From positions 13,312 to 77,311 of the forward strand of contig JANPEZ010000161.1 of the NCBI GenBank assembly GCA_031423155.1: a DNA stretch of 64,000 nt. Reading direction: 5' to 3'. Below the pieces are notes generated by a model. The model was not told the DNA's origin and did not search any database. It was given only the letters and a program-made list of their open reading frames with translations. Positions within the stretch are counted from its first letter, which is position 1. Each line of letters opens with the position of its first letter. Made by a program: the position numbers and the translations under genes. This DNA comes from Actinomycetes bacterium (GTDB taxonomy: Bacteria > Actinomycetota > UBA4738 > HRBIN12). Below are positions 38,925-47,483 of this stretch, piece after piece.

Positions 38925-39623
38925 GTGAGGGGCGATGTCCGCTCGGTCGCGTTGATCCTCGCCGCCGGCGAAGGCCGGCGACTCGGAGCGAGCGAGCCGA
39001 AGGCCTTCATAGAGATCGGAGGCCGCACCATCTTGTCGATAGCCGCAGCTGCCGCCGCGGCGTCACCGGCCGTCGATGCCCTCGTCATCACGGTCCCCGA
39101 AAGTTTCGAGGCTCGTGCGATGGAGATCCTGGCGCCGATAGCCAAGGCCTCCACGGTCGTCACCGGTGGACTGACCCGGCACGCTTCCGTGCGGACCGCG
39201 CTCGCGCTCGTGCCAGGGTCCGCGTCGAAGGTTGCGTGTCACGACGCCGCTAGGCCTTTCGTCCCCCCCGATATGTTCACGGCGGTTCTGGACGCGCTCG
39301 ACCGAGGCTGTGACGGAGTGGTACCGGTCCTCGCGGTTACCGACACCGTCAAGCGCATCGCGGACGGCTTGGTCACTGGTACCGAATCGAGAGCCGAGCT
39401 GGGGCTGGCGCAGACCCCTCAGGCGTTCCACCTGGAACCCTTCCGCGAGGCTCACGAACGAGCGGAAGCCGAGCGTCTCGACTTCACCGACGACGCGTCC
39501 GTCCTCGAGTGGGCGGGTTATCGGGTCTGCGTCGTAGCCGGAGAACCGATGAACTTCAAGATCACGACGCTCGGGGACCTGGCGCGTGCGCAGGAGATGA
39601 TGGCGGGAGACGTGCATGGCTGA
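38925..39623 (+). CDS. ispD: 2-C-methyl-D-erythritol 4-phosphate cytidylyltransferase
   Basis: LILAAGEGRRLG, and the ispD-ispF pairing. GTG start. Confidence 0.85.
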   Translation: MRGDVRSVALILAAGEGRRLGASEPKAFIEIGGRTILSIAAAAAAASPAVDALVITVPESFEARAMEILAPIAKASTVVTGGLTRHASVRTALALVPGSASKVACHDAARPFVPPDMFTAVLDALDRGCDGVVPVLAVTDTVKRIADGLVTGTESRAELGLAQTPQAFHLEPFREAHERAEAERLDFTDDASVLEWAGYRVCVVAGEPMNFKITTLGDLARAQEMMAGDVHG

Positions 39624-40086
39624 ACATCGCTTCGGGATCGGATTCGACGCGCATCCGCGAGATCCGTCTCGAGAACTGTGGCTCGGCGGCCTCCTCTTCG
39701 AGGGGGAGCCCGGACTCGTGGGCTATTCCGACGGCGACGCGGTCTGCCACGCGCTTGCCGACGCTCTTCTCGGCGCTGCCGTGCTGGGAGACGTGGGCAT
39801 GCACTTTCCAGAGGGCGAGCCGGCGATCGCCGGTATATCGGGTATCGATCTGCTCGCGCGAACGGTCGTCCTGCTGCGCGATGGCGGCTTCACTCCGGTC
39901 TCCTGCGACGTGACCGTCATCTGTGACCGGCCCTCTATCTCGCCCAGACGCGACGAGATGCGTGCCCGACTTGCTGAGGTGCTGGCCGTCGCGGTCGAGA
40001 GGGTCTCGGTCAAGGCGACCAGGCCCGAGGGACTAGGCCTCGGCGACGACGGTGCCGGCTGCATCGCCCTCGCGGTGGTGACTTGA
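39616..40086 (+). CDS. ispF: 2-C-methyl-D-erythritol 2,4-cyclodiphosphate synthase
   Basis: Motifs FGIGFDAH and GYSDGDAVCHAL. Confidence 0.9.
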   Translation: MAEHRFGIGFDAHPRDPSRELWLGGLLFEGEPGLVGYSDGDAVCHALADALLGAAVLGDVGMHFPEGEPAIAGISGIDLLARTVVLLRDGGFTPVSCDVTVICDRPSISPRRDEMRARLAEVLAVAVERVSVKATRPEGLGLGDDGAGCIALAVVT

Positions 40087-40829
40087 CGCCGCAGGGATCT
40101 CCCGATGTCGTCGCCGGGCGGCGCGCGGTCACCGAGGCCATCCGTGCGGGCTCCGTCCTAGAGGTCCTTGCGGCGGAAGGCGCTCGACAGACTCAGGGTC
40201 TCCGTGACCTGTTCCGCGCGGCGAGCGAGGCCGATGTTCGAGTGCGGGAAGTGCCGCGGATCGAACTGGATGAGCTGGCGGACGATCATCAAGGTGTCGC
40301 GGCGCTCGTTCATCCCGGCGTTGCGCGGGCGCTGTCCGATCGTGAACTATCCGCGCATGGGTGGGGAGAAGCCGACCTGGTGGTGATCCTGGACGGGATC
40401 ACCGACCCGCAGAACCTCGGCGCGGCCGCTCGTACCGCCGAGGCCGCCGGGGCGGTCATGCTGATCAGCAGGATCAAGCGCGCCGCCGATGTAACTCCCG
40501 CCGCGGTCAGGGCTTCCGCGGGGGCGCTCCTTCACCTGCCGCATGCACGCGTCACGAACATCACGAGGACGATCGGACTCCTGCAGTCGAAGGGATTCAC
40601 GGTCGTCGGCCTGGATGACGCGGCCGGGAAAGATGTCTTTGCCGAACGGTGTCCCCAGGGTCGGGTCGGGATAGTCGTTGGCAGCGAGGGCGAAGGCATG
40701 TCCAGGTTGGTCAGGGAATCCTGCGACGTGCTCGTCTCGATCCCCATGCGAGGGAAGGTCTCCTCGCTCAACGCCTCGGCCTCTCTGGCCGCAGCACTGT
40801 ACGCGTTCGTCCTTCCGAGGGATGGCTGA
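40083..40829 (+). CDS. rlmB: 23S rRNA (guanosine-2'-O-)-methyltransferase, TrmH/SpoU family (RlmB-like)
   Basis: SpoU motifs ILDGITDPQNLGAAART, IVVGSEGEG and VSIPMRGKVSSLNASASLAAALY. Confidence 0.8.
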   Translation: MTPQGSPDVVAGRRAVTEAIRAGSVLEVLAAEGARQTQGLRDLFRAASEADVRVREVPRIELDELADDHQGVAALVHPGVARALSDRELSAHGWGEADLVVILDGITDPQNLGAAARTAEAAGAVMLISRIKRAADVTPAAVRASAGALLHLPHARVTNITRTIGLLQSKGFTVVGLDDAAGKDVFAERCPQGRVGIVVGSEGEGMSRLVRESCDVLVSIPMRGKVSSLNASASLAAALYAFVLPRDG

Positions 40830-40929
40830 GCCGTTGCTCGGTTCCCGGTGAAGCGCTAGGGTCGGCCTGCCCTCTCGGAGGACGGCGTTCGCCGGTTGTC
40901 AACTCCTCGCCGGCATCCTGGTTCTGCGG

Positions 40930-41103
40930 ATGCGATCGGCCGGCCGGGTGCTTGGCCTCTTGGTCGCAACGGTGGGTCTGCTCAGTGGCATAGTCGGGAT
41001 ATCTTCGAACTTCGTGAGCGTGATCTTCCTCGTGATGAACGCGTTCGTTATGTACTCGCTCATCAAGAACGGCCGGGCTTTCCGCACGCCCTACTCGAGG
41101 TAG
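40930..41103 (+). CDS. Small membrane protein (57 aa, two predicted TM helices), not listed in the ORF track
   Basis: MRSAGRVLGLLVATVGLLSGIVGISSNFVSVIFLVMNAFVMYSLIKNGRAFRTPYSR. GC is high at third codon positions in an otherwise lower-GC stretch. It ends 12 nt before the tRNA-Thr. Confidence 0.35.
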   Translation: MRSAGRVLGLLVATVGLLSGIVGISSNFVSVIFLVMNAFVMYSLIKNGRAFRTPYSR

Positions 41104-41115
41104 ACTCGGCTCTCG

Positions 41116-41189
41116 GCCGGCGTGGCGCAGCCCGGAAGCGCAAGCGATTTGTAATCGCTAGGTCGTCGGTTCGAATCCGACCGCCGGCT
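41116..41189 (+). tRNA. tRNA-Thr (anticodon TGT)
   Basis: A cloverleaf folds by hand: GCCGGCG / GCGC-AGCCCGGAA-GCGC / AGCGA-TTTGTAA-TCGCT / AGGTC / GTCGG-TTCGAAT-CCGAC / CGCCGGC, discriminator T. Confidence 0.8.
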
Positions 41190-41191
41190 CT

Positions 41192-42391
41192 TCAGGTTCG
41201 AACTAGCAGCGACTCAAGTCCTCGGATTATGTAGCTCGGTTTCCACGAAGGTTCCTCGACGAGTTCCAGGCGGGGGAGTCGCTTCAGCACCGTCGCGAAG
41301 GAAGTCGTCAGCTCGAGGCGAGCCAGCGGCGCGCCCAGACAGAAGTGGATGCCGGCTCCGAAGGTCAAGTGAGGGTTCGGTTCGCGGGTGATGTCCAGGG
41401 CGTCCGGGTTCTCGAAGACCGACGGGTCGCGGTTGGCCGAACCGAAGAGCAGACCCAGCTCCGCGCCGCGGGGAACGGTGACGCCGTGGATCTGGAAGTC
41501 CTCCAGGACCCAGCGCTCGAACATCTGAAGCGGGGTGTCCCATCGCATGAGTTCCTCGACCGCGCTCGGAATCAGCGAAGGCTCGGAGCGCAGACGCGCC
41601 AATGCGGAAGGGTTGCGGAACAGGGTCCACCAGCCGTTTCCCGTCACGTTCACGGTGGCCTCGTGACCGGCGTTCAGCAGGAGAACGCAAGTTCCGACCA
41701 GCTCGTCTTCTGTCAGGCGTTCGCCGTCGTCGATGACGGAAGCCATCGCGCTGATCAGGTCCTCACGAGGGCGCGCGCGTCTCTCGGCCGCCAGCGATCG
41801 CAGGTACGCCGAGAACTCCTCGCTCGCTTTCACCGCGATCTGAGCGGCGTCCTCCGTGGGGTTGAGCTCGTACATGCCGCAGATGTCCGCGGACCAAGGT
41901 CGAAGCAACGGGCGGTCCGATTCCGGAACGCCGAGCAGTTCGGCTATGACCGCAACGGGCAAGGGCTCCGCGATGGAGGAGATCAGGTCGAATACCCCCT
42001 CGACGGCATCGATCAGCCCGTCGGTCATGCGCTGGATGGGCTCCCGAAGCGATCCGACCATGCGAGGGGTGAATGCCTTGGCCACCAGACGACGAACCCG
42101 AGTGTGGTCCGGCGGTTCCATGTCGAGTATCCCGGACCGTATGAGCCTGTAGAAGGGCTCGTGCGCTGCCGGCTCGGGCAAGCGGCCCATGTCCTTGTGG
42201 GTGGTCTTGTGCAGGTAGGTCCGCCCGAATCGCCGGTCTCGCAGAAGCGAGTCGACATCCTGGTATCTGGAGACGAGCCAGTGGTCGGTCTCGGCGTGAT
42301 AGTGGACGGGAGCTTCATCGCGCAGCCGCTCGTAAACCCCGTAGGGATGGGCGATGAAACCGAGGTCATCCGGCGCGAATCCCAGGTCCAC
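41192..42391 (-). CDS. Cytochrome P450 monooxygenase
   Basis: Heme-binding motif FGAGIHFCLGAPLA, the ExxR motif, and the I-helix LLNAGHEAT. Confidence 0.85.
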   Translation of the reverse strand: MDLGFAPDDLGFIAHPYGVYERLRDEAPVHYHAETDHWLVSRYQDVDSLLRDRRFGRTYLHKTTHKDMGRLPEPAAHEPFYRLIRSGILDMEPPDHTRVRRLVAKAFTPRMVGSLREPIQRMTDGLIDAVEGVFDLISSIAEPLPVAVIAELLGVPESDRPLLRPWSADICGMYELNPTEDAAQIAVKASEEFSAYLRSLAAERRARPREDLISAMASVIDDGERLTEDELVGTCVLLLNAGHEATVNVTGNGWWTLFRNPSALARLRSEPSLIPSAVEELMRWDTPLQMFERWVLEDFQIHGVTVPRGAELGLLFGSANRDPSVFENPDALDITREPNPHLTFGAGIHFCLGAPLARLELTTSFATVLKRLPRLELVEEPSWKPSYIIRGLESLLVRT

Positions 42392-42415
42392 CCGCGTACG
42401 GTAGCGTCCCGGACC

Positions 42416-42865
42416 ATGATCGCGCTTCAGCCGCTAGAAGGCGACCGCGAACGCTGGCTGCCCCTGATGCTCGAGGCCGACGAGTCCGAGCTGATCGTTC
42501 GCGGATACATGAACGAGGGCGAGCTGTTGGCGATAGTCGAAGGCGGCGAGACCGTCGGGATCATGCTGGTGCTCCCCGATGGGAGCCAACTCGAGATCAA
42601 GAACTTCGCCGTCACCGAGGAGCACCGTGGTCGCGGGATCGGATCGGCCGCCATCGAGGCCGCCGCCGACCGAGCCCGCGCAGCCGGTTACGAGCGACTG
42701 ACGGTTGGAACCGCCGACTCGGCCCCCGCAACCATCGGCTTCTACCTTCGCGCCGGGTTCGCCCGGGCGGGCGCTCGGGAAGGCTTCTTCGATGACTATC
42801 CCGAGCCGGTGATCGAGGACGGGATCGTCGCCCACGACATGGTGATGTTCTCGAGAGAGCTCTAG
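42416..42865 (+). CDS. GNAT-family N-acetyltransferase
   Basis: 149 aa with motif A (EEHRGRGIGSAAIEAAADRARAAG). The start was set by counting back from the stop. The ORF track extends far upstream on the antisense side of the P450. Confidence 0.7.
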   Translation: MIALQPLEGDRERWLPLMLEADESELIVRGYMNEGELLAIVEGGETVGIMLVLPDGSQLEIKNFAVTEEHRGRGIGSAAIEAAADRARAAGYERLTVGTADSAPATIGFYLRAGFARAGAREGFFDDYPEPVIEDGIVAHDMVMFSREL

Positions 42866-44421
42866 CTGCGGCGCAAGATGCGGCCGGCACGTTCGCGGCG
42901 CTCGCCGTCCCAGGCCACCCGGCCGTTCACGACGACCAGGTCGAATCCCTCCGGGTAGGAGTGGGGTGCGCCGAAATCGGCGGTGTCAGCGACCGTTGCG
43001 GGGTCGAAGACGACCAGGTCCGCGAAGCCTCCCTCAGCGACTCGTCCTCGATCGACCAGGCCGAATCGATCTGCCGGCAGGGATGTCATCTTCGCGACGG
43101 CAGTCTCGAGGGAAAGCACGCCGAGGTCGCGCACGTAACGGCCCAGCACTCGAGGGAAGGTTCCGTAGTTGCGGGGGTGAACGGGGAACGCCCCGAGCGG
43201 CCCCTCCGGCGACATCGAGGTCGCGTCCGAGGCAACCATGATCTCGGGTCGCGCCAGGATCGCTTGGACGTCGTCCTCGTCCATGGCGTGACCGATGCAT
43301 GCGGTCTCGGGTTCCTCCAACAGGAGTCTGTACATCGCGTCTGCGGGCGTAAGACCCATGCTGTCGGCGATCGAGACCATGTCCTTGCCGTTCCATCGAT
43401 CGTCCGCGGTGCTCTCGATGACGATCTTGTCCCAGCCGACGCCCTTGATCGAGCTCTGCCAGAGCCCCTCGCCGTTCTCGACTACGTGGGTGAGGCGTGC
43501 GCGTCGGTCCGGGTCGCTCAGCACCTCCTGAAGCTCTTCGACGGGAGCCCAGTCCGGTAGCAGTGACCAAAGCACCGAGCCCCACGCGGTGTAGGGGTAC
43601 TGATCGGCCGTCGCATCCCGGCCCTCGAACAGGGCCAGCAGCTCCGCGGTCTTGCCGATGACCATTTCGGTCTCGCACTTGAGGTGGCTGACGTGCGCGG
43701 GAATTCCGGCGCGCTCGCCGATATCGATGGCCTCTCTAACTGCTGCGAACAGGTTCTCGCCCTCACCGCGGATGTGGCTGGCGTAGACACCACCGAAGGG
43801 AGCCGCAGTCGCGGCCAACTCCACCACTTCGTCGGTGCCTGAGTACATCCCCGGTACGTAGATCAGACCCGTGGACAGGCCGATCGCGCCACCTTCCATC
43901 GCATCCGCCACGAAGCCTCGCATCGCCGTAAGTTCCTCCGTCGTCGGCGCGCGACGCTGCATGCCCATCACTTCTCCACGAACCGCACCGTGGCCGACCA
44001 GCGCGGCGATGTTGGCCGCGGGCCTGCACGAGTCGAGAGCATCAAGGAAGTTGCCGAACGAAGGCCAGGCCATGTCCAGATCCTCGGCGCGGACTCCCAT
44101 CATGGTCGCGGAATCGTGAGCACCGGCCGCCGGCCAGGGAGAGGTCCCACAATTACCCACCACGACGGTGGTCACCCCCTGGCGGACGGTGCTGTCCATC
44201 CATGGTTCCACGAGCGGACCGACGTCGGAGTGGTTGTGAACGTCGATGGATCCAGGGGCCAGCACCCGGCCCGAAGCCTCGACCGTGCGCGCAGCCTCCG
44301 GGGGTCGATCGTCCCTGCCGAGTGCCACGATCCGCTCGCCCTGGATCCCTACCCAGGCGGGAAAGCCGGGCGAACCGGTGCCGTCGAGAACCGACGCCCC
44401 ATGGATGACTAGGTCGAGCAC
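42862..44421 (-). CDS. N-acyl-D-amino-acid deacylase (D-aminoacylase, amidohydrolase family)
   Basis: MLDLVIHGASVLDGTG...GSIDVHNHSD, with D-aminoacylase-like length and motifs. Confidence 0.8.
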   Translation of the reverse strand: MLDLVIHGASVLDGTGSPGFPAWVGIQGERIVALGRDDRPPEAARTVEASGRVLAPGSIDVHNHSDVGPLVEPWMDSTVRQGVTTVVVGNCGTSPWPAAGAHDSATMMGVRAEDLDMAWPSFGNFLDALDSCRPAANIAALVGHGAVRGEVMGMQRRAPTTEELTAMRGFVADAMEGGAIGLSTGLIYVPGMYSGTDEVVELAATAAPFGGVYASHIRGEGENLFAAVREAIDIGERAGIPAHVSHLKCETEMVIGKTAELLALFEGRDATADQYPYTAWGSVLWSLLPDWAPVEELQEVLSDPDRRARLTHVVENGEGLWQSSIKGVGWDKIVIESTADDRWNGKDMVSIADSMGLTPADAMYRLLLEEPETACIGHAMDEDDVQAILARPEIMVASDATSMSPEGPLGAFPVHPRNYGTFPRVLGRYVRDLGVLSLETAVAKMTSLPADRFGLVDRGRVAEGGFADLVVFDPATVADTADFGAPHSYPEGFDLVVVNGRVAWDGERRERAGRILRRS

Positions 44422-44533
44422 CCGCAGATGCTACCCCGGCATATTCCCGCCGACGGTCCCGACTTGCTCGGGCACGATGGCCCCCACCTTCACGCACCCC
44501 AAGGCCCAGTCTTGAACCGACAAGGAGGCCACC

Positions 44534-44935
44534 ATGGACGACACCTTCTCCCTCGTCTTGTTCTCGGGAACCGACGACAAGCTCAACGCAGCCGCAGTGC
44601 TGACCGTTGGTGCGGCTGCGATGGGCCGCAAGGTCAACATCTTCCTGCAGTACTGGGCGCTGGATGCCTTCCGAGCCGACCACGTACACAAGGATCATGG
44701 CGTCTCGCCGGAAGCCGGACCCGACGGAGCGGCCACCTTCCAGCGCCACGGCGCCAACCACTGGAGCGATCTGTTCACTCAGGCCAAGACCATCGGTGAG
44801 GTCGGGATCCACGCCTGCTCCCTGTCGATGGAGATGTTCGACATAACCAAGGACGACCTCGACCCCTTGGTCGACGACGTCGAAGGGGTCGCCTCCTTCT
44901 TCATGGAGGTCGACGGCCCGGTGACCTTTATCTAG
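44534..44935 (+). CDS. DsrE/DsrF-like sulfur-relay protein
   Basis: DsrE fold (LVLFSGTDDKLNAAA..., active-site cysteine in GIHACSLSM). An AAGGAGG ribosome-binding site lies upstream. Confidence 0.7.
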   Translation: MDDTFSLVLFSGTDDKLNAAAVLTVGAAAMGRKVNIFLQYWALDAFRADHVHKDHGVSPEAGPDGAATFQRHGANHWSDLFTQAKTIGEVGIHACSLSMEMFDITKDDLDPLVDDVEGVASFFMEVDGPVTFI

Positions 44936-44938
44936 GAG

Positions 44939-45190
44939 GTGGGAAAGATGACGACAACCGCAGACATCACCCGCTCGATCGACGCGCGCGGCATGCCGTG
45001 CCCGGGCCCGCTGATGAGCTTGATCGGCGCGATCCGCGAAGGCACGGTCGGAGACATGATCGAGGTCCTCTCCAGCGACGAGGGCTCCCGTACGGATATC
45101 CCCGCGTGGGTCAGCAAGGCCGGACACGAACTCGTGGAGGTAGCCGAAGACGAGGGCTTCGCACACTTCGTGATCAAGAAGGTGCGCTGA
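44939..45190 (+). CDS. TusA-like sulfurtransferase (CPxP motif)
   Basis: DARGMPCPGPLM matches the TusA CPxP motif. It is about 80 aa. Confidence 0.75.
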   Translation: MGKMTTTADITRSIDARGMPCPGPLMSLIGAIREGTVGDMIEVLSSDEGSRTDIPAWVSKAGHELVEVAEDEGFAHFVIKKVR

Positions 45191-45191
45191 C

Positions 45192-46352
45192 ATGCCCGCC
45201 CGGGTAGTGGTCCTTGGGGGAGGGGTAGGCGGGACGCTCGCCGCGAACCTGCTCGACAAGGAGCTGGGCGGCGACGTGTCGGTCACCGTCGTGGACCCGA
45301 CCGGGATGCACGTCTATCAGCCCGGATTCCTGTACGTGGCCCTCGGTGAGGCGAATGGGCGCTGGCTCTCACGCGACGAGCGCACTCTCCTGCGACCGAA
45401 CATCGACCTCGCGGTCGAGCGGGCGATCCGGATCCACCCGGAAGCCGGCACGGTCCAGTTGGAGCGCGGCGGCAACTTGGAATGGGACTACCTCGTGCTT
45501 GCTACAGGAGCGCGTCTCGTCCCCGAGCAGATCCCGGGCCTCGTCGAGGGCTCGCAGGAGTTCTACTCCCTCGAGGGCGCTGAGCGCCTCCGCGAGGAAC
45601 TGCGCCGCTTCGACGGCGGACGCATCAAGGTCGGCATCGCCGGCATCCCCTACAAGTGCCCTCCGGCTCCCGTCGAGTTCGTGTTCATGCTTGAGGACCA
45701 TCTCCGCAAGCGCGGCATCCGCGAGCGCTCGGAGCTCACGCTGCTCTCACCGCTCAACCGCGCTTTCACGATCGAGAGCGCTTCCAAGGTGATCCAGCCG
45801 ATCATGGTCGAGCGTGGGATCGGGCTCGAGACCTTCTTCAATGTCGAGTCCGTGGACCCGAGCGCCGGCATCGTCGAGTCGCTGGAGGGCGACAAGGCAG
45901 AGTTCGACCTGCTCGTGCTGGTTCCACCTCACAGAGGTCAGAAGGTGATCGAGGACTCCGGGCTGGGAGACGCGGGCGGCTGGGTGCCCACCGACAGATT
46001 CACCCTTCAGGCCGCCGAGCACGAACGGGTCTTCGCGATGGGCGACTGCACGAACCTGCCGATATCCAAGTCCGGTTCGACGGCACACTTCGAGGCGCCT
46101 GTGATCGCGAGCCGCATCGCCTCGCTGATCCGAGGGACGGTTCCCAAGACCAACTACGGCGGACGGGTCATGTGCTTCCTTGAGACGGGCAACGGTCAGG
46201 CGACCGCGCTTAGGTTCGACTACGAGCACCCGCCCACACCGCCTCAGCCGAATCGCGCGTGGCACACCGCCAAGTGGCTGTTCAACCGCCTCTACTGGGA
46301 GACCGTCCCGAAGGGCCGGATCCCCGAACGGGCGACGAAGGAAAGGAGCTGA
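45192..46352 (+). CDS. sqr: Sulfide:quinone oxidoreductase-like FAD-dependent pyridine nucleotide-disulfide oxidoreductase
   Basis: VVVLGGGVGGTLAANLL Rossmann fold, SQR/FCSD-like length, and conserved cysteines (YKCPPAP, MCFLETG). Confidence 0.7.
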   Translation: MPARVVVLGGGVGGTLAANLLDKELGGDVSVTVVDPTGMHVYQPGFLYVALGEANGRWLSRDERTLLRPNIDLAVERAIRIHPEAGTVQLERGGNLEWDYLVLATGARLVPEQIPGLVEGSQEFYSLEGAERLREELRRFDGGRIKVGIAGIPYKCPPAPVEFVFMLEDHLRKRGIRERSELTLLSPLNRAFTIESASKVIQPIMVERGIGLETFFNVESVDPSAGIVESLEGDKAEFDLLVLVPPHRGQKVIEDSGLGDAGGWVPTDRFTLQAAEHERVFAMGDCTNLPISKSGSTAHFEAPVIASRIASLIRGTVPKTNYGGRVMCFLETGNGQATALRFDYEHPPTPPQPNRAWHTAKWLFNRLYWETVPKGRIPERATKERS

Positions 46353-46354
46353 AG

Positions 46355-46588
46355 ATGAGCGCGACGATAGCCAAGTCGCTGGACCTGAAGGGACTCAGCT
46401 GCCCCATGCCCATCGCCAAGACCGCGCAGGCGATCAGGGATCTCAAGCCGGGAGAGCTGATCGAGTCATTCGCGACCGATCCAGGCTCCGTCCCTGACTT
46501 CGCAGCCTGGTGCAAGAGCACCGGTCACGTCATGGTCGAACAGACCCAGGAAAGCGGCGTCTACCACTTCCTGATCCAGAAGAGGTGA
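46355..46588 (+). CDS. TusA-like sulfurtransferase (CPxP motif)
   Basis: LKGLSCPMPIAKT. An AAGGAG ribosome-binding site lies upstream of the ATG at 46355. Confidence 0.75.
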   Translation: MSATIAKSLDLKGLSCPMPIAKTAQAIRDLKPGELIESFATDPGSVPDFAAWCKSTGHVMVEQTQESGVYHFLIQKR

Positions 46589-46593
46589 TCCAG

Positions 46594-47124
46594 ATGACGT
46601 CGATACAAGCCACCCTCGAGGAGCAGGCGCCCGTCGAGCCGACCCATGTCAGGCACGACAAGCTCGTGATCATGGCCTGGAGCGGCGACCTGGACAAGAT
46701 CTGGCCCTCGTTCATCCTGGGCACCACGGGCGCCGCCATGGGTATGGAGACGACGATCTTCTTCACGTTCTGGGGCTTGTTCCCGCTGGTCAAGAACGAC
46801 GTTCGGCTCACGGGCGAGAACTGGATGCAGAAGATGCTCTCGATGATGAATCGAGGCGGCACCGAGCACCTCAAGCTCGGCAAGATGAACTTCGCCGGCA
46901 TGGGGCCGGCGATGATGATGAAACTCGCCGAGGAGCACCACGTCGCCTCTCCGCAGGAGCTCCTCGAGGTCGCGCGCGACCTGGGGGTCCACCTGGTTCC
47001 CTGCCAGATGACGATGGATCTTCTCGGCCTGACGAAGGAAGACCTGATCGAAGGACTCGATGAACCGGCGGGCGCGACCACCGCGCTGCTCGAGGCCCAG
47101 GACGCGGTGACCCTGTTCATATAG
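46594..47124 (+). CDS. DsrE/DsrF-like (YchN-like) sulfur-relay protein
   Basis: DsrE-like fold with a conserved cysteine (LVPCQMTMD). A GAGGTG ribosome-binding site lies upstream. Confidence 0.65.
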   Translation: MTSIQATLEEQAPVEPTHVRHDKLVIMAWSGDLDKIWPSFILGTTGAAMGMETTIFFTFWGLFPLVKNDVRLTGENWMQKMLSMMNRGGTEHLKLGKMNFAGMGPAMMMKLAEEHHVASPQELLEVARDLGVHLVPCQMTMDLLGLTKEDLIEGLDEPAGATTALLEAQDAVTLFI

Positions 47125-47194
47125 CGCCCCTGGACCGTTCGAGGCTGCTAGATGTACCGTGTTCGGAACCGCCAACGCCACTAGGAGGTTCGTG

Positions 47195-47482
47195 ATGGGA
47201 CTGCTCGACAAGGCCAAGGAAGTCGCCAAGCAGGGAGCCGACGCTGCCAAGAAGGCAGCAGATGCCGCGAAGGACAAGGCCGACGAGGTCCAGACCAAGC
47301 GCAAGGCCGATGGCCTGGCCGAGCAGCTCGGTTACCTGATCGTCAGGGAGCGCAGCGAGGGCGCGGACGTGAAGGAGGAGGCGGACGGTCTAGTCGCACA
47401 GATCGTCGAGCTACAGAAACAGCTGGCTGAAGGCGACGCGCCTGCAGGAAGTGAAGCGACTCCCGAGGGCCAGGCGGAGTAG
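47195..47482 (+). CDS. Small Ala/Lys/Glu-rich hypothetical protein
   Basis: Strong AGGAGG ribosome-binding site. The sequence is coiled-coil-like. Confidence 0.45.
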   Translation: MGLLDKAKEVAKQGADAAKKAADAAKDKADEVQTKRKADGLAEQLGYLIVRERSEGADVKEEADGLVAQIVELQKQLAEGDAPAGSEATPEGQAE

Positions 47483-47483
47483 T

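Noticed and set aside
41345-42415. The 5' two-thirds of the 506-aa plus-strand ORF that ends in the GNAT domain.
   Set aside because: That portion is antisense to the P450 gene. Only the last 149 codons, from MIALQPLEG, look like a GNAT.
42836-42845. An apparent one-base discrepancy between the printed sequence (atgggtgatg) and the ORF-track translation (DMVMF implies atggtgatg) near the GNAT C-terminus.
   Set aside because: This cannot be resolved without tools and is probably my own reading error. Coordinates for this gene are taken from the ORF track.
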